Part shown: one piece after another, positions 26,312 to 39,163 of the stretch
How the letters are laid out: each line of letters begins with the position of its first letter
Numbering within the stretch: the stretch's first letter is position 1
Assembly: GCF_004010195.1 (NCBI RefSeq)
Contig: NC_057719.1
Span: 75,718,064 to 75,782,063 of the forward strand
Source of the DNA: Chiloscyllium plagiosum
Taxonomy: Eukaryota
Direction of reading: 5' to 3'
DNA: 64,000 nucleotides
The notes under the pieces: generated by a model
Database searches by the model: none
What the model saw: only the letters and a program-made list of their open reading frames with translations
What the model was told of the DNA's origin: nothing
Translations under genes and position numbers: made by a program

Positions 26312-26870
26312 AGACAGAAGAGCTGCGGATGCTGGAAATCTGAAACAAAAGCAAAAATTGTTGGAAAAACTCAGCAGGTCTGGCAGTATCTGTGGAAAGA
26401 AAGCAGAGTTAACGTTTTGGGTCCAGTGACCCTTCCTCAGAACTGATGGTAGCTAGGAAAGGAATGGTCTCTATACTGAAGGTAGTGTGGAGGGAGAGGG
26501 AGGAGTAAATGTTCAGTGCAGCCCACTAAGGGAGATAATAACAGTTGGATATACATAAGACTGGATGAAGACCAGTCTGGGAAAATGAAGAGCTGCTAAT
26601 GGGGACTAACAGTGTGTGTGTGTGTGTGCGCAGTGTGTGTGTGTGCGCGCATGGGGAACGGTGCTTAAGCCCTACAATTGTTGAACCCGATATTAAGTCC
26701 GGAAGGCTGCAGGTTTCTGTTTTGTTCCTCTTCTCTTTCAATCAGGCTCAAAACCGATTACATTTCTAGCTTTCCTGAGCAATGATGAAGGGTCATCAAC
26801 CTGAAACATTAACTCTACTTTTTTTTGTTCACAGATATTGCCTGACCTGCTGAGTATTTTCAGTATCATC
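26312..26870. mobile_element. PLE terminal repeats in inverted arrangement, with (GT)n at 26612-26650
   Basis: gatgctggaaatctgaaac...gggtccagtgacccttcctcagaac on minus; gatgaagggtcatcaacctgaaacatt...gacctgctgagtatt on plus. Confidence 0.65.
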
Positions 26871-27616
26871 TGGGATTATTGTGCCCAGGTATCTTTCCCT
26901 TTAAGATGTGTGCCTGCACATCAATATTAAAGGGACTGTGCAGTGCAACATGTCAGATTCTCACAGTAAACAAAAGTTAAAGTGAACATTGTTCATGGAT
27001 AATAAAACTGGTTTCAGCACTAGAAACAATTTTGCTAATCTCTTATGACCCATATATTATTTTTTTTGACACATCATTTTATAATCTAATGAATGTCCAA
27101 GTGATATTGCTCATGACAATGTAGACATGTTATTTTGGAAAGAATTAAACTGAGTTACATGCATTCTATTACTAAGATGTTAATGTTAGTTGTGGATGAC
27201 AAGTCTAACTGCTAATATGTAAACATAATGTGAGGTCAATTAGACTTCTTTGCAGTTCAGAAGATGCCCATTAATATTTGGTTCCAGTTCAGTGACTTTT
27301 TAAAAAATTGCATCTGTAACCAAGTGTGATATCTGAATTGCTTTATTTGGAAGGTGATGGGTGTAAATTGCAGTTTTAAAAGTACAAAGTGGATGATTTC
27401 CCCTGATAGTGACTGCTAGGATAAGCAATTCCATGGATTTGTTAAGATAATAGACCATTGCTTTAATGCTCTAATCTTTTTTTTAAAACAAATTATCTGG
27501 TTTTCAGGTGGACTTCCAAACGACTATGCAATAATAGTTCCGACTTGGCTGTGCAATGCTTTCACATAGACCAGTCAAACAACAGTCTGGCATAGTCATA
27601 CTCTGAAAATTCTCAG

Positions 27617-28830
27617 ATACCGTAAGATTGGTGGAGTAGCAGACCGTGACAGGGACTGTCAGAGAATGCAGCAGAATATAGATAGATTGAAACGTTAGGC
27701 GGAGAAATGGCAGATGGAGTTCAAACCAGGCAAATGCGAGGTGATGCATTTTCGACAATCCAATTCAAGAGTGAACTATACGGTAAATGGAAAAGCCCTG
27801 GGGAAAATTGATGTACAGAGAGATCTGGGTGTTCAGGTCCACTGTTCCCTGAAAATGGCAACACAGGTCGATAGAGTAGTCAAGAATGCATATGGCAAGC
27901 TTTCCTTCATCGGGGTATTGAGTACAAGAGTTGGCAGGCCATGTTACAGTTGGATAAGACTTTGGTTCGGCAACATTTTGAATACTGCGTACAGTTCTGG
28001 TTGCCACATTACCAAAAGGATGTGGATGCTTTGAAGAGAGTGCATGGTGGCTGAGTGGTTAGCACTGCCACCTCACGGCACCAGGGTCCCACGTTCAATT
28101 CCCGACTCGGGTGACTGTCTGTGTGGAGTTTGCACATTCTCCCCGTGTTTGCGTGGGCTTTCTCTGGGTGCTCCGGTTTCCTCCCACAGTCCAAAGATGT
28201 GCAGGTTAGGTGAATTGGCCATGCTGAATTGCCTGTAGTGTTAGGTGCATTAGTCGGAGGGAAGTAGTTCTGGGTGAGTTATTTTTCGGAGGGTGGGCGT
28301 GGACTGGTTGAGACAAAGGGCCTGTTTCCACACTGTAGGGAATCTAATCTAAACTAATCAGGAGGTTCACCAGGATGTTGCCTGGTACGGAGCGCGCTAC
28401 AATGAAGAGAGGTTGAATAGATTAGGATTATTTTCATTAGCAAGACGGAGGTTGAGGGGGGACCTGATTGAGGTTTGCAAAATCATGAATGATATAGATA
28501 GAGTGGATAGCAAGAAGCTTTTTCTCAGAGTGGGGACTCAATTACGAGGGATCACGAGTTCAAGGTGAGTGGGGAAAAGTTTAAGGGAGAATGCATGGAA
28601 AGTACTTTACGCAGAGGGTGGTGGGTGCCTGGAATGCATTGCCAATGGAGGTGGTAGAGGCGGGCACGATAACATCATTTAAGAAGTCTCTAGACAGATA
28701 CATGAAAGGGCAGGGAGCAGAGGGATACAGATCTTTAGGAAATAGGTGACAGGTGTAGGTAGAGGATCTGGATTGCTGCAGGCTTAGAGGGCCGAAGGGC
28801 CTGTTCCTGTGCTGTAACTTCCTTTGTTCT
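27617..28830 (+). mobile_element. CR1 LINE 3' fragment interrupted by a SINE
   Basis: DTVRLVE.., MEFKPGKCEVMHF, QRDLGVQVH; resumes aggaggttcaccaggatg at 28360; tail tttgttctttgtt. Confidence 0.9.
28045..28359 (+). mobile_element. HE1-type SINE nested in CR1
   Basis: tggtggctgagtggttagcac...aatctaatctaaactaatc. Confidence 0.9.
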
Positions 28831-29084
28831 TTGTTGGTCAACATCACCATCACTGGCAATATCCTGTCCCACTAGCAGGACAGGCTCTGCAGCGCTAGTG
28901 GAACTAGGTGTTTCGGGAGTCCCCAACATTGACTTCCGACCCCATGAAGTTTCAAGGCTTCAGGTAAAACATGGTCAAGGAGACCTTTTGCTAATTAACA
29001 CCTCAAGCCATATGTGACCCGAGTGTGGAGTGAGGACCCCGAGGAGTTAGCAGGAAAATCTCTCCACTCATTCCTCTCACAAAG

Positions 29085-29735
29085 GAAAATGGTTCTGGCT
29101 ATTATCTCAACCCCAGGACATCTCTACGGGAGTTCCTCAAGGTAGTGTTCTTGGCCTAACCATCTTCAGATGCTTCATCCATAACTTTTGCTTCTGTCAC
29201 AATGTCAGAATGGGGTTGTTCACTGATGACTGTAAAACATTCAGCACAATTTGTGACTCCTCAGATATTATAGCAGCCTGTGCCCACATGCAGCAACCAG
29301 TTTAATCTGGACAACATATAAGCTGACAAGTGGCAAGTAACATTTGTGCCACACAAGTGCCAGTCAATGACCATTTCCAACAAGGGTGAATCTGATCACT
29401 GGCCCTTGACATTCAGTGGCATTACCAGAATTCCGCTTCCCTGCTTCCAGCATCCTGTGGGTTTAACCATTGTCAAGAAACTGCTCTGTACTGGACAGAT
29501 CAATACTGTGGCTACAAAAGCAGGTCAGAGCTTAGGAATGCTATGGTGAGTCCACCATTCACCACGTACAAAGCACAGGTCAGGTGTGTGATGAAATACT
29601 CCCACTTGCCTGGATAGTACAGCTCCAACAACACTCAAGAAGCTTGACGTCACCCAGGACAAAGCAACCCACTTGATTGTCAGTCTGTTCTCCACTGCCT
29701 TCATCACAATGTGTAGTGGCAACACTGTATAGATT
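29085..29735 (+). mobile_element. L2/CR1-like LINE RT fragment (second LINE family)
   Basis: GVPQGSVLG-type ggagttcctcaaggtagtgttcttgg, FTDDC motif, PHKCQSMTISNK. Confidence 0.75.
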
Positions 29736-29859
29736 TTCAAATAAAACTAATAGGGTTCCCAGTCCTGATCAGAATACCTGGGCCAAAGCTTGATTTGCAG
29801 CACTCAATCGTGTATCTTAATTTGAAGTGATAAATAATCTCCACTTTTTATTTTGCTTA

Positions 29860-29995
29860 ATTTGTTTCCTGCAAACTGGTTGCCATGTTTTCTATATTGC
29901 AATAATAACTGCGCTGCAAAGGTACATCATTGACCATAGGACATTTAAAGAAATCCTGAGGTTCTGAAGGGTGCTATGTAAATGCAACTCTTTTT
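29860..29995 (+). mobile_element. Old SINE/L2 3' tail
   Basis: cctgaggttctgaagggtgctatgtaaatgcaactcttt. Confidence 0.4.
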
Positions 29996-31081
29996 TTGGC
30001 TTCTTGACCATAACGTTATTAATATTTATTTTCACATTGATCACGCTTCTGCTGTTTCTGATTTTGAATCCTTAAATTAATTGGCACTGAGTTTGGAATT
30101 TTGAGAAGTTTCAGTAAACAGACTAATAGTATTCCCAACTCCTTTCACAGAGACTTTTACATCCAGACAAGCGAGCAGCAAAATCCACTCCACTGTTGTA
30201 GTATAATAAGGCAGATGTATATTGTATAATATCAACTTGCCCTGATTTCACAGGGAAGAGATGCTCATTAACATGGCAGGCTGTCAACTGATTTTCACTC
30301 CTGGTTGTGATTAACCTGATTTGTATCTAGAATATGTCTGAACCTGGGGATAGGCAGGGGGAGCCCCAGTTAATTCACTTCATGTAATCTACTTACTTCC
30401 TTATCACAGGTGTCAATGTGGCAAGATGAGGCTATGGGGAGCTGTAAGTATAGACCATTACATACTGTTCAAATGCAATTGCAGAGATTCAAGGGGAGGA
30501 CAGAGGAGCTTGATTACCATTGAGTACGTTGATCTCAAAAGACTATTTAGTGTCTTCATTTTATGAAAATTAACTTGCTTAATGTATGCTGTCTAATCTG
30601 CTCATTTAGCTTTTGCTTCTGTTTAACTTTACAGTTGCAATAAACATGATTAATAATATTTAGCCTGAGCTCCATGGTCAGCCAGCATGATGTTGTGGTT
30701 TATTCAGAATTATGGAGGGTGTAGTCCGCAAACTGTGCATTTTCTGCTGGATATCTGGACTGTAAAAGGATTGATAGTTTTCCCAGTGGCATGCTGTGTC
30801 ATACATATTAAACATTTCAAGTTTTGGATTAAAGTATGTGCTCAGGCTCATTTATTAAAGCAGATCCCACGGTGCAAATGTAAAATACACTGTCAAATAA
30901 TGACTTGAATTGTAAATCTATCTAGAAGAGTTATTCTTACTCTTTGACTATGCACATTGGTGCAGTTTATAATCAGCTTCGAGATAGATTTAGCAAAAAT
31001 AGTCATATGATTATTTTATCAGATAAGATAATGGTCACTTTTCTATTGCCACCCAGATTTTGCCATATGAAACTACCTTGT

Positions 31082-31408
31082 TTTCCCAGCAGGATGAGGT
31101 GGAACCAGTTTCCCAGCAGGCTAAGGTGGAATCTGTTTCCTAGCACTCCAAGGTGGAACCAATTTACTCAGTCGGATGAGATGGAACCAGTTTTCCTAGT
31201 AGGATGAGGTAGAACCAGTTTCTAGTAGGATGAGGTGGAACTATTTACTCAGCAGGCCAAGGTGGAACCAGTTTCGCCAGTAGGATAAAGTGGAACCGTT
31301 TTCCCAGCAGGCCGCGGTACAATCTGTTTCCCAGCAGGCTGAGGGTGCAACCAATTTCCCAGCAGGCCGAGGTGGAAGCAGTTCCTCAGCAGGATGAAAT
31401 GGTAGCAG
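31082..31408. repeat. Degenerate 27-bp minisatellite, about 12 copies
   Basis: Consensus tttcccagcaggatgaggtggaaccag; units 25-28 bp, head-to-tail. Confidence 0.9.
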
Positions 31409-33294
31409 CTTTACAATTCAGTGCTTGTAACGTTGTGCTTTCCCACCCTTGGGATGCATACAGACCTATTAATTTTAAAGGAAAAAACATCTTCCACCAT
31501 TTTCCTAGTCTATGCACATTTCTTCCGTTTTCATAATATTTGGGGAAGATCGAGAGCTGTGTGCTAGTTTCTGGGGTTTATGCTGCTAACTCTGGCTCCC
31601 TCATACTGTTGCTAGCATCAAAAACATTTTTTCACCAGACTATAGTTTCAGAAGATGTGAATGGGTGCAAAGCTCTTGGCATCCTCACATAGGCACCTTG
31701 CAACAACCTATCAAACAACTGTTTCCCTCGCACTGTCCCCACATCAGGACAAAAGTGGTGGCTTCAAAGATTCATGCTAATTGTCTTGTACATCAATGAC
31801 TTTCTTGTAATTTTATATGTCACAAAATGTTGATCAGTCAGTTTGCAGTGGTGCAATGAGAGACATGCTCAAATCCTTTTCGCTTTAGAGCATATTGTGC
31901 TTGTACTGACACAGCCCATGGAGCACTTAATGCTATGTAAATGTTCTTTGAATGCCTAGCAAAATTACTGATCCAAAATTAATAGAGTACAAAACCCTTA
32001 AGGTTGGTCAATGACAAATGCCAATTATATTCTGTCTGTGTTAGCTATTAATTAGATCTTAGCTCTGCGATTAGCTAACAGAAGCTACTGTGCAATCTGC
32101 ACAAGCATGACTTTCTGTAAATCCCTGGATACCTGAATCGGTTTTGAAATTATAATTCAATTCTGTAATTCTGTGGCTCAGGAGTTTGCGATCACTAATA
32201 TTTCTGTACCATCTTCACAATTCTATATAATTCTCTGCCCCTTTGCCTGTATTCCCTAATCCATTGCTTTATACAGATCATATTTATTGGAGAATTATGA
32301 CATTTTCTCAGAAGTATGTTTCAGGAATGAATTTGAAGATGGATTAACTTGATAAATGTTGTGCCTTCCAATGTTTCTGTAACCAGACTTCTGTACACAT
32401 CATATACTTGAAAGAACTGGCTGCGATTAAACATACATCGTAGCTCTGGAAGTGCCAAATGAATATGCTTACTCCCAAACAACAAGCTATTTTCCCTTCT
32501 GTAACTAAAACATTTGTCTCATTAATTCATCCATCCAGGGAGATCCTAATACCTGCATGTTGTAGCATCCAGTTCTTAAGAGCATTCTTGTCATCATGCT
32601 GACTGACCTGTGCCTCCTATGTCTGCTCCTTCAGTTCAACTTAAAGTGATAATCAGACCTACTTTTCTGCGGCCCTAACAATAATATACCCTGTGGGATT
32701 ACTTAGCAGCTCCCTCCTTTTCAAGTTGGAAAGCTCCAGGTTACAAAATTTGGTCATGTACTGCCTGCGGTTTTGAGACTGCGCCTGCCATTGTGGGTTG
32801 AACACAACACCCAACCCTGTGTGCACGTTTCCACGGTGGCTATCATTGTGGTAGCAATGCTAGTATGGGCAGCAGCAGAAGGCAGAGGTGACAGATTGTG
32901 GCATCAGTCAGTGCGTAACGCTGGTTTAACACAGTGGTGTCATTACTACTTCAGCTGGTAGATCCTCTTGACCTCAGCCAGCTAGCCATAGCACGCAGCA
33001 GCAAGTGCCACATAAAAGGATCATCACCTGCTCTTGGATTCATTGCTGATTGATTGCTGCTGAGTTGGTGGAAGTGCTTGATCATTTGCGGTGCGTTTTG
33101 AGTGCAAATTTGACATTACTGCTGTGATAGTTTTGGTTACGATTTCAGCAGTTCTCAGAACAAAGGTCCCGTACCTTGGTCCCAAGCATGAGTGCTGTAC
33201 ATTCCATCTCTGCCTTGTCAATGGAAGTGATGGTGAGCGTGGGCCATCAACTTTAGATGCTTTCTAAGCTGCTAGGTACTTTGTCACTTTTTCT

Positions 33295-33900
33295 CAATTC
33301 ATTTTGTGGGCATCGCTGGCTGGCCAGTACTTATTGCCAGTTCCTAGTTGCCCTTGAGAAGTGGTGCTGAGCTGCCTTGTTGAACCGCTGCAGTCCACCT
33401 GCTGTGGGTTGACCCACAATGCCATTAGGGAGGGAATTCCAGGATTTTAACCCAGCAACAGTGAAGGATCAATATTTTCAAGTCAGGATGGTGAGTGGCT
33501 TGGAGGAGAACTTAAAGGCGGTGTTGTTCCCATGTATCTGCTGCCCTTGGCCTTCTAGCTGGAAATGGTCGTGGGTTTGCATGGTGCTGTCTGAGGATCT
33601 TTGCTGAATTATTGCAGTGCATTATGTACATAGTACACACTGCACCTGCTGCTGCTGCTGCTGCTGAGTGTCGGTGGTGGAGGGAGCAGATGCTTGTGAG
33701 TGTAGTGCCAATTGTGTGGGCTGCTTTGTCCTGGATGGTGTCAAGCTTCTTAAGTGTTGTTGGAGCTGCACCCCCCATTAAAGCAAGTGGGGAGTATTCC
33801 ATCACATTCCTGACTTCGGCCTTGTAGATGGTGGACAGGCTTTGGGGAGTCAGGAGATGAGTTACTCACTGCACTATCCCTCACCTTTAACCTGCTCTGA
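33295..33900 (-). mobile_element. L2/CR1-like LINE 3' fragment (same family as 29085-29735)
   Basis: ORF MEYSPLA...APTTLKKLDTIQDKAA; 3' tail caagggcaactagg...gccagcgatgcccac. Confidence 0.85.
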
Positions 33901-34142
33901 CCAGTTTGCCATCTGCTGGTGTATGTGTAGATGACTGGGTCGCTGTTTGGAATGAAAAATGAATGCATTTCATGTTCTCTTTGCAGGAAAAAGCAGCTGC
34001 AGCAAGTGGAGTATCAGCTTCCCTACTGACCACACAGTCAGTTATAGAACACACCTTGGAAGGAATACTGACATCTCCCGGAATTGGAAGGGCCTCTGCT
34101 CCCTCAGTATCTAGCAGGGGGTGGGCAACCACACCCACTGCT

Positions 34143-34380
34143 TCATGCAGGTGAATGCCCAGTATCCTAGCAATGGCCAGGATGCAGTCCACTATACCAT
34201 TTGCAATTGTGTAGCCACAGGGGTGACGCATTGACCACCCAGTATAATGAAAGCCATACTGCCAAAGAAATGGAATTAAGCAGGATATTGAGGTGTCTAA
34301 GAATATGCTTCTGCTGTTTCGACCAGTCTGGAGCAGCCTGTAGTACTCTCCAGAGCATGTGCCATGGTCTACTGTATGTG
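34143..34380 (+). mobile_element. Decayed PIF/Harbinger (HARBI1-like DDE) transposase fragment
   Basis: MQVNAQYPSNGQDA resembles V.ARYPGS.HDA; YNESHTA...CFDQSGAA resembles YN..H...R..IE..IG.LK.RFRCLDRSGG.LQYSPE. Confidence 0.6.
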
Positions 34381-34699
34381 GTACAGCCTCACCATCCAAT
34401 AGGGCACAAGCCTCGTTATCAGGCTATGATGAGCAACCAAGGAAAAAGAGCAAGATGGGAAGACGCAATCAACACATTCCCCTTTCAGGTTTGCCTGCCA
34501 ACGATCAACGCACTCAACCACAGTACAAAGGTGGCATCCAATTTCCCAAAAACTGCAGTTGCACACATGATCTTCTGTCTGTTACTGGCCATCATGGTAT
34601 CCTCTTGGCCACAATGCTGAAATATCAGCCACTGCAAAATCTGGTTCCAGCCAACCTTGTCTAACAATCCCCATCCAGCAGTCCATGCTAAACTCAACT

Positions 34700-35340
34700 G
34701 GTTGAAGTTGTAAGTTTGCTCAATGAGCTGGTGGGTTTGTTTTCAGACGTTTCGTCACCATGCTAGGTAGCATCATCAGTGAGCCTCCAGTGAAGCGTTG
34801 ATGTTCTGTCCAGCTTGCTATATATCTGTTTCGCATTGTTGTGGTGGGTGATATCATTTCCAGCTCTGTTTCAGAGAGGTTGGTAAATGGGCTCCAAATC
34901 AATGTGTTTATTGATGGAGTTCAGGTTTGACTGCCAGGCCTCTAGGAATTCCTGCATGTGTCTTTGTTTAGCCTGTTCCAGGAGGGATGTGCTATCCGAG
35001 TCGAATAGGTATCCCTCTTTGTCTGTGCGTATGGATACCAGTGATAGTTGGTCATGGCTTTTGGTGGCTAATTGGTGCTCATGTATCCTGGTGGCTAGTT
35101 TCCTACCCGTTTATCCAATGTTGTGTTTGCTGCAGTCCTTGCAGGGTATTTTGTACATGACATCCATTCTGCTGGCTGTGGGTACGGGGTCCTGTGAATT
35201 CATCAGGAGCTGTTTCAGTGTGGTGGTAGGTTTGTGGGCCACTGTGATTCTTAGGAGCCAGAGTAGTCTGGTCATCAACTCTGAACTGGTTCCCCTTGTG
35301 TGTTCTGTTAGTGTCTGTCCTAGTGCTCGTCCACAATGTT
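34700..35340 (-). mobile_element. Penelope-like element 3' fragment: GIY-YIG endonuclease plus terminal repeat
   Basis: Reverse complement translates DVMYKIPCKDCSKHNIG*TGRKLATRIHEHQLA...EFLEAWQS..SINKHIDLEPIYQPL. Confidence 0.85.
34743..34782 (-). ncRNA. Minimal type-I hammerhead ribozyme motif
   Basis: tca-CTGATGA-T-GCTACC-TAGCAT-GGTGAC-GAAA-CGTC-tga; stem I tca/tga. Confidence 0.7.
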
Positions 35341-35819
35341 ACCCCAGTGGCTGCAGCAAGGCAAGTTAACGGTTGCTGATTTCCAGAGGCTTTGCTGGAT
35401 GGCCTTGAGCAGCTATTGGTTTGGAAGAACTGGAGTCAGACTGCTCCACCACAGTGTGAGTGACAGCAGTCTAGGCTGACTGGCATGAGCAGCGGGGTTG
35501 GTGGAGTGACAGTCAGGGGAGGACAAACACCAGCATGCTGACAGATGGTAGCAGTGCTGTGCTGTTGCTGCCATTCCAATGGTGAGGGACCTGAGCAATC
35601 CATTGGGATGACAGACTACTGGTCTTCAGGCAACCCCAAGAAGTACCTTTGCATGAATCAAGTATGAAAGGAATAGACTAAGATTGGGTGGCAGGAAGCT
35701 AATTAGCAGGACTTCAATGTGAGTTAGCAGTTCAACAGCAAAGTGCTTGATGGCTTCTGCTTGTGTTGCAGTGGGTCATCAAATACTGCATTTTGTCTGC
35801 ATCTGGGAGTATGCTCATG

Positions 35820-35935
35820 GAATAAAACAAGGAACCATAGATGCTGAAGATCTGAAACAAGACAGAAACTGCTGGAGAAGCTCAGTAGGTATCTGTGGAG
35901 AGAAAGCATAGTCAATGTTTCAATTCCAGTGATTC
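35820..35935 (-). mobile_element. Old PLE 3' terminal fragment
   Basis: agatgctgaagatctgaaacaagacagaaactgctggagaagctcag, as at 26325. Confidence 0.6.
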
Positions 35936-36890
35936 AAAACTCAAAACATGAACCCAAGGAACCAAGCAGTCATAAAAGAAAAGAAACATTGACAGGTTAG
36001 CAAGACTGTAAATTATTGTCAGTACGCGTGTGGACTGCACATTCCAAGAACTTGTTGCAGATGGTCGGAGGATATGATCCATATCAGTTGGTTTTTCTCG
36101 TAGGGCTTAGAAGTGTTCATCAGGAAATTTGTTGGAGCATTTGAAAGCTCTGCATGTAGGCAGAAAGGCTTTCCTTAAAGCCAACACCTCAGAAAGAATG
36201 CAGCAAGATATGACATTCGCGTATTATAAGGGAGAGGGGTTTAAAGAATAGAAATGCCCAAGGAGTGTTCTTGGTAAATATGGAAAAAGTAATAAATGTG
36301 CAGCATCAGAATCAAACTGTTCAGGAACCCTCTTCAAGCTTATTCAGTATGGATTCCAGCTTTGCAGATTCTGAAGAAGTAGAACATAATGAGGAGCCAG
36401 GCACCTCATCATCAAGTGTTGCACAAACATGAGGTTCAATTGGCCATAAGTGACAGTTTGTGTGATGATGGTCAGATTAATTCTGACGGTCAGATTGAGG
36501 CCATCAGTTTCAAAGGCCAACTGCCAAAAGTGGTGCTAGCGTCAATTACTTACCAGAAGGGGGCGACCACTTGCCAAATGGAGAGATGTGACTATTATAT
36601 GTAAAGCAGGGAAGGCGACTGGGAAAGATATAAGCTGGAGCAATGTTAAGGTGAGGGACAGGAGATTAGGTGCATTGATTCAGAGTATGAAGTACAAAGA
36701 TGGAAGGCAAGAAAACACAATGTAAACTCAAACTGTGGAGTGAACATGTCCCTAGAGAGAGATCACAAGCCATTGAAAGAAATGCAACAGTAGTAGTCCA
36801 GAAAGAGATAGAAGACACGGTAGAGGGCATATTTAACAGGGACAAGGAATACATTACAAATGAGGAATATCACCATGAACAGATACACAT

Positions 36891-37220
36891 AGGGCAGCAC
36901 GTGGCTCAGTGGTTAGCACTGCTGCCTCACAGTGCCAGGTACCTGAGTTCGATTCCAGTCTCAGGTGACTGTGTGAAATTTGCACATTCTCCCCATGTCT
37001 GCGTGGGTTTCTTCCCGGAGTCCAAAGATGTGCAGGTTAGCTGAATTGGCCATGGTAAATTGCCCATAGTGTACAGGGACGTATAGGTTAAGTGCATTAG
37101 TCAGGGTAAATATAGAGTAATAGGGTAGGGGAATGGGTCTGGGTGGGTTACTCTTCAGAGGGTTGGTGTGGACTAGTTGGGCCACAGGGCCTATTTCCAC
37201 ACTGTAGGGATTCTATGATA
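36891..37220 (+). mobile_element. HE1-type SINE
   Basis: gggcagcacgtggctcagtggttagcac...ctgtagggattctatgat. Confidence 0.88.
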
Positions 37221-37779
37221 TGTCCATGAGGCATTAGCATTCATGAACAAACAAGGAGATAAGTTAATAAAAGATGTCAAACAACAAGAAATACAAAGCA
37301 GGAGAGAATTTGGGGTGCATGCAGAGGTGCTAGATCGGCCCCATCAACCAGCCCCATCACTTAGGTGGATATGCAAGGAAAAGGTGTCTCCTGAAGGGAC
37401 CTATAAGACAAAGGCAAAAACTAGTGGCATAAAGTTTTGAAGAAAAACTGGGTAATTAAGATAAAAAGGTACATTCATTGACAGCAGGAAAAGAAATTTG
37501 GAGGATTTGTTTTGGACTTTGTTAGTAACAACTGCTTGGGAGTGGAGATCAAACTGACATTAAAGCTACATTTCTACAGGGAGATCAGCTCAGGAAGGAA
37601 TTGTTCCTTGATCCTCCCAAAGAGGCACCAAATTCAGTGGAGATATTCTGAAAGTTAGGAAATGTTTACATGGCCTGAGGGATGCTGAAAGGGGACAGGA
37701 TGGGACACAGCATATAAGCCTCAAAAAAAACTCTTTGCAAATTGGAACAAAAAGGGAATAAAAGGTAAGAAGGCAAAAT

Positions 37780-38045
37780 TAATGTCTGTTGAATGCATGC
37801 AATATTTGAAACAAAGTAAATGAATTAATGACACATAGAAGTTAATTGGGCAGGGGGCGCGGTGTTGGTTTGTATGAGCTTATAGCCATTACATATACAT
37901 GGTTACAAATGGATCAAAGCTGGGAATGAAAGGTTAAAGGGTATGTGACACTTGGACAAGGACAGGCAGGAAGCTGATGGGGTAACATTTATAGTATGAG
38001 ATGGAATTAGTCCATTAGTAAAACAAATACTTTGGATCAGGTGAA
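37780..38045 (+). mobile_element. Decayed CR1 ORF2 apurinic endonuclease N-terminus
   Basis: LNACNI*NKVNELMT...YELIAITYTWLQ..QSWE...GY....DRQE resembles LNARSIRNK.DEL...D.IAITETWL. Confidence 0.65.
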
Positions 38046-38059
38046 GAAAGAGAGATAAA

Positions 38060-39163
38060 TGTTACCCTTTAGCTCGGGAAGTTTAGAAAATCAGCAGAGT
38101 AGTAAAAAGTGACATGATGCTCATTACAAGCCTTGTTTATACAATTGCTGGTGAACCAGTAATTGAAGTGTAGATGAACATGAGCCATGGGGTTGTGTAC
38201 AAATGAAGCTTTGGCAACAAGAAGCTGACTGGTCTATGGACTAGAGATCACTTAGCAATGACAAGGATCTTTTGCCTGCCAACAGCTCTGTGATTGGTTC
38301 TCGGGTAACTGAACAGCTTGAAGCTTTGAATAAGAGACAGAGAAGCTGCTGAACCACCAGCAGCTAAGCACTCTCTTTGTTCTCTGCCTTAAAGAGACTC
38401 TAAACCTGAAGGAAATCAATTTATCTTTCATTCAGCAGTTACTGCAAGCTTTGACTTGTAATTAATTAGCCAGAGACATTTGATAAATGAACTAGCCATG
38501 CTGTGCCTCTTGCAAACCAATGGAAGCATGTGGAGAAGGATGACTGAGGAACAACGTTCTCACCAGCACAAGAACCATAGGAATCAGTTCAATAATCCTT
38601 GTGTACAAGAACCATTGAACTGTTTTCCCATTTTTTCTATCCATTCGCAACAACTTTTTTTTTTGCTTTTTGTAAGGGGAAGTTTATGGGGCATTAGAAT
38701 TTTAATTTCTAGAATTATATGTAAGTTGTTCATAATTGTTTAGCTGTAACTGGAGTCTAATTACTTGTATTAAATAAAAACTTTTTTTTTAAGTACAGTG
38801 ACCTAATCCAAGTTTTCTGTCAACCTGGCTCTAAAAATCAGGCGAATTGGGGAATTTTGCACATTTAAAAAAATCTTGTCATTATTTTGTTTGTTTATTC
38901 TTATTTTGCATGTTGATTTTTTTTAAAAAAGTTGTTATAATCTGCCATTGTCTGAATAAATGTCTGAAATCAAATGGGATGAGGGAACAGGTAATGGAAA
39001 AACTAATTAGGGGGTAATTGGATTTGAATTGGTTCCATAAGTGTGTGGTGCCAGGAATCCTCTGTGTGGCAGTGAACTTTACGGAGTGTGGTTGAAATAA
39101 AGTTCTTACTAAAAGTGTGGACTTGATTCCCTTTTAAATACTATTACCTTCCAGTGTATAACA
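38060..39163 (+). mobile_element. Possible solo LTR
   Basis: tgtta...taaca termini, gtgattgg box, aataaa signals; no TSD seen. Confidence 0.3.

Noticed and set aside
31082..31408. CRISPR-like array
   Set aside because: Units are head-to-tail with no unique spacers, no cas genes, vertebrate context
33987..34150. Candidate host exon (strong acceptor, cag|gtgaat donor, open frame)
   Set aside because: The donor overlaps the transposase-like MQVNAQYP sequence and the peptide is not recognisable; better explained as Harbinger debris
36549..36570. CTCF-like motif ccagaagggggcga
   Set aside because: Single short motif, probably inside decayed repeat sequence; unsupported without ChIP data
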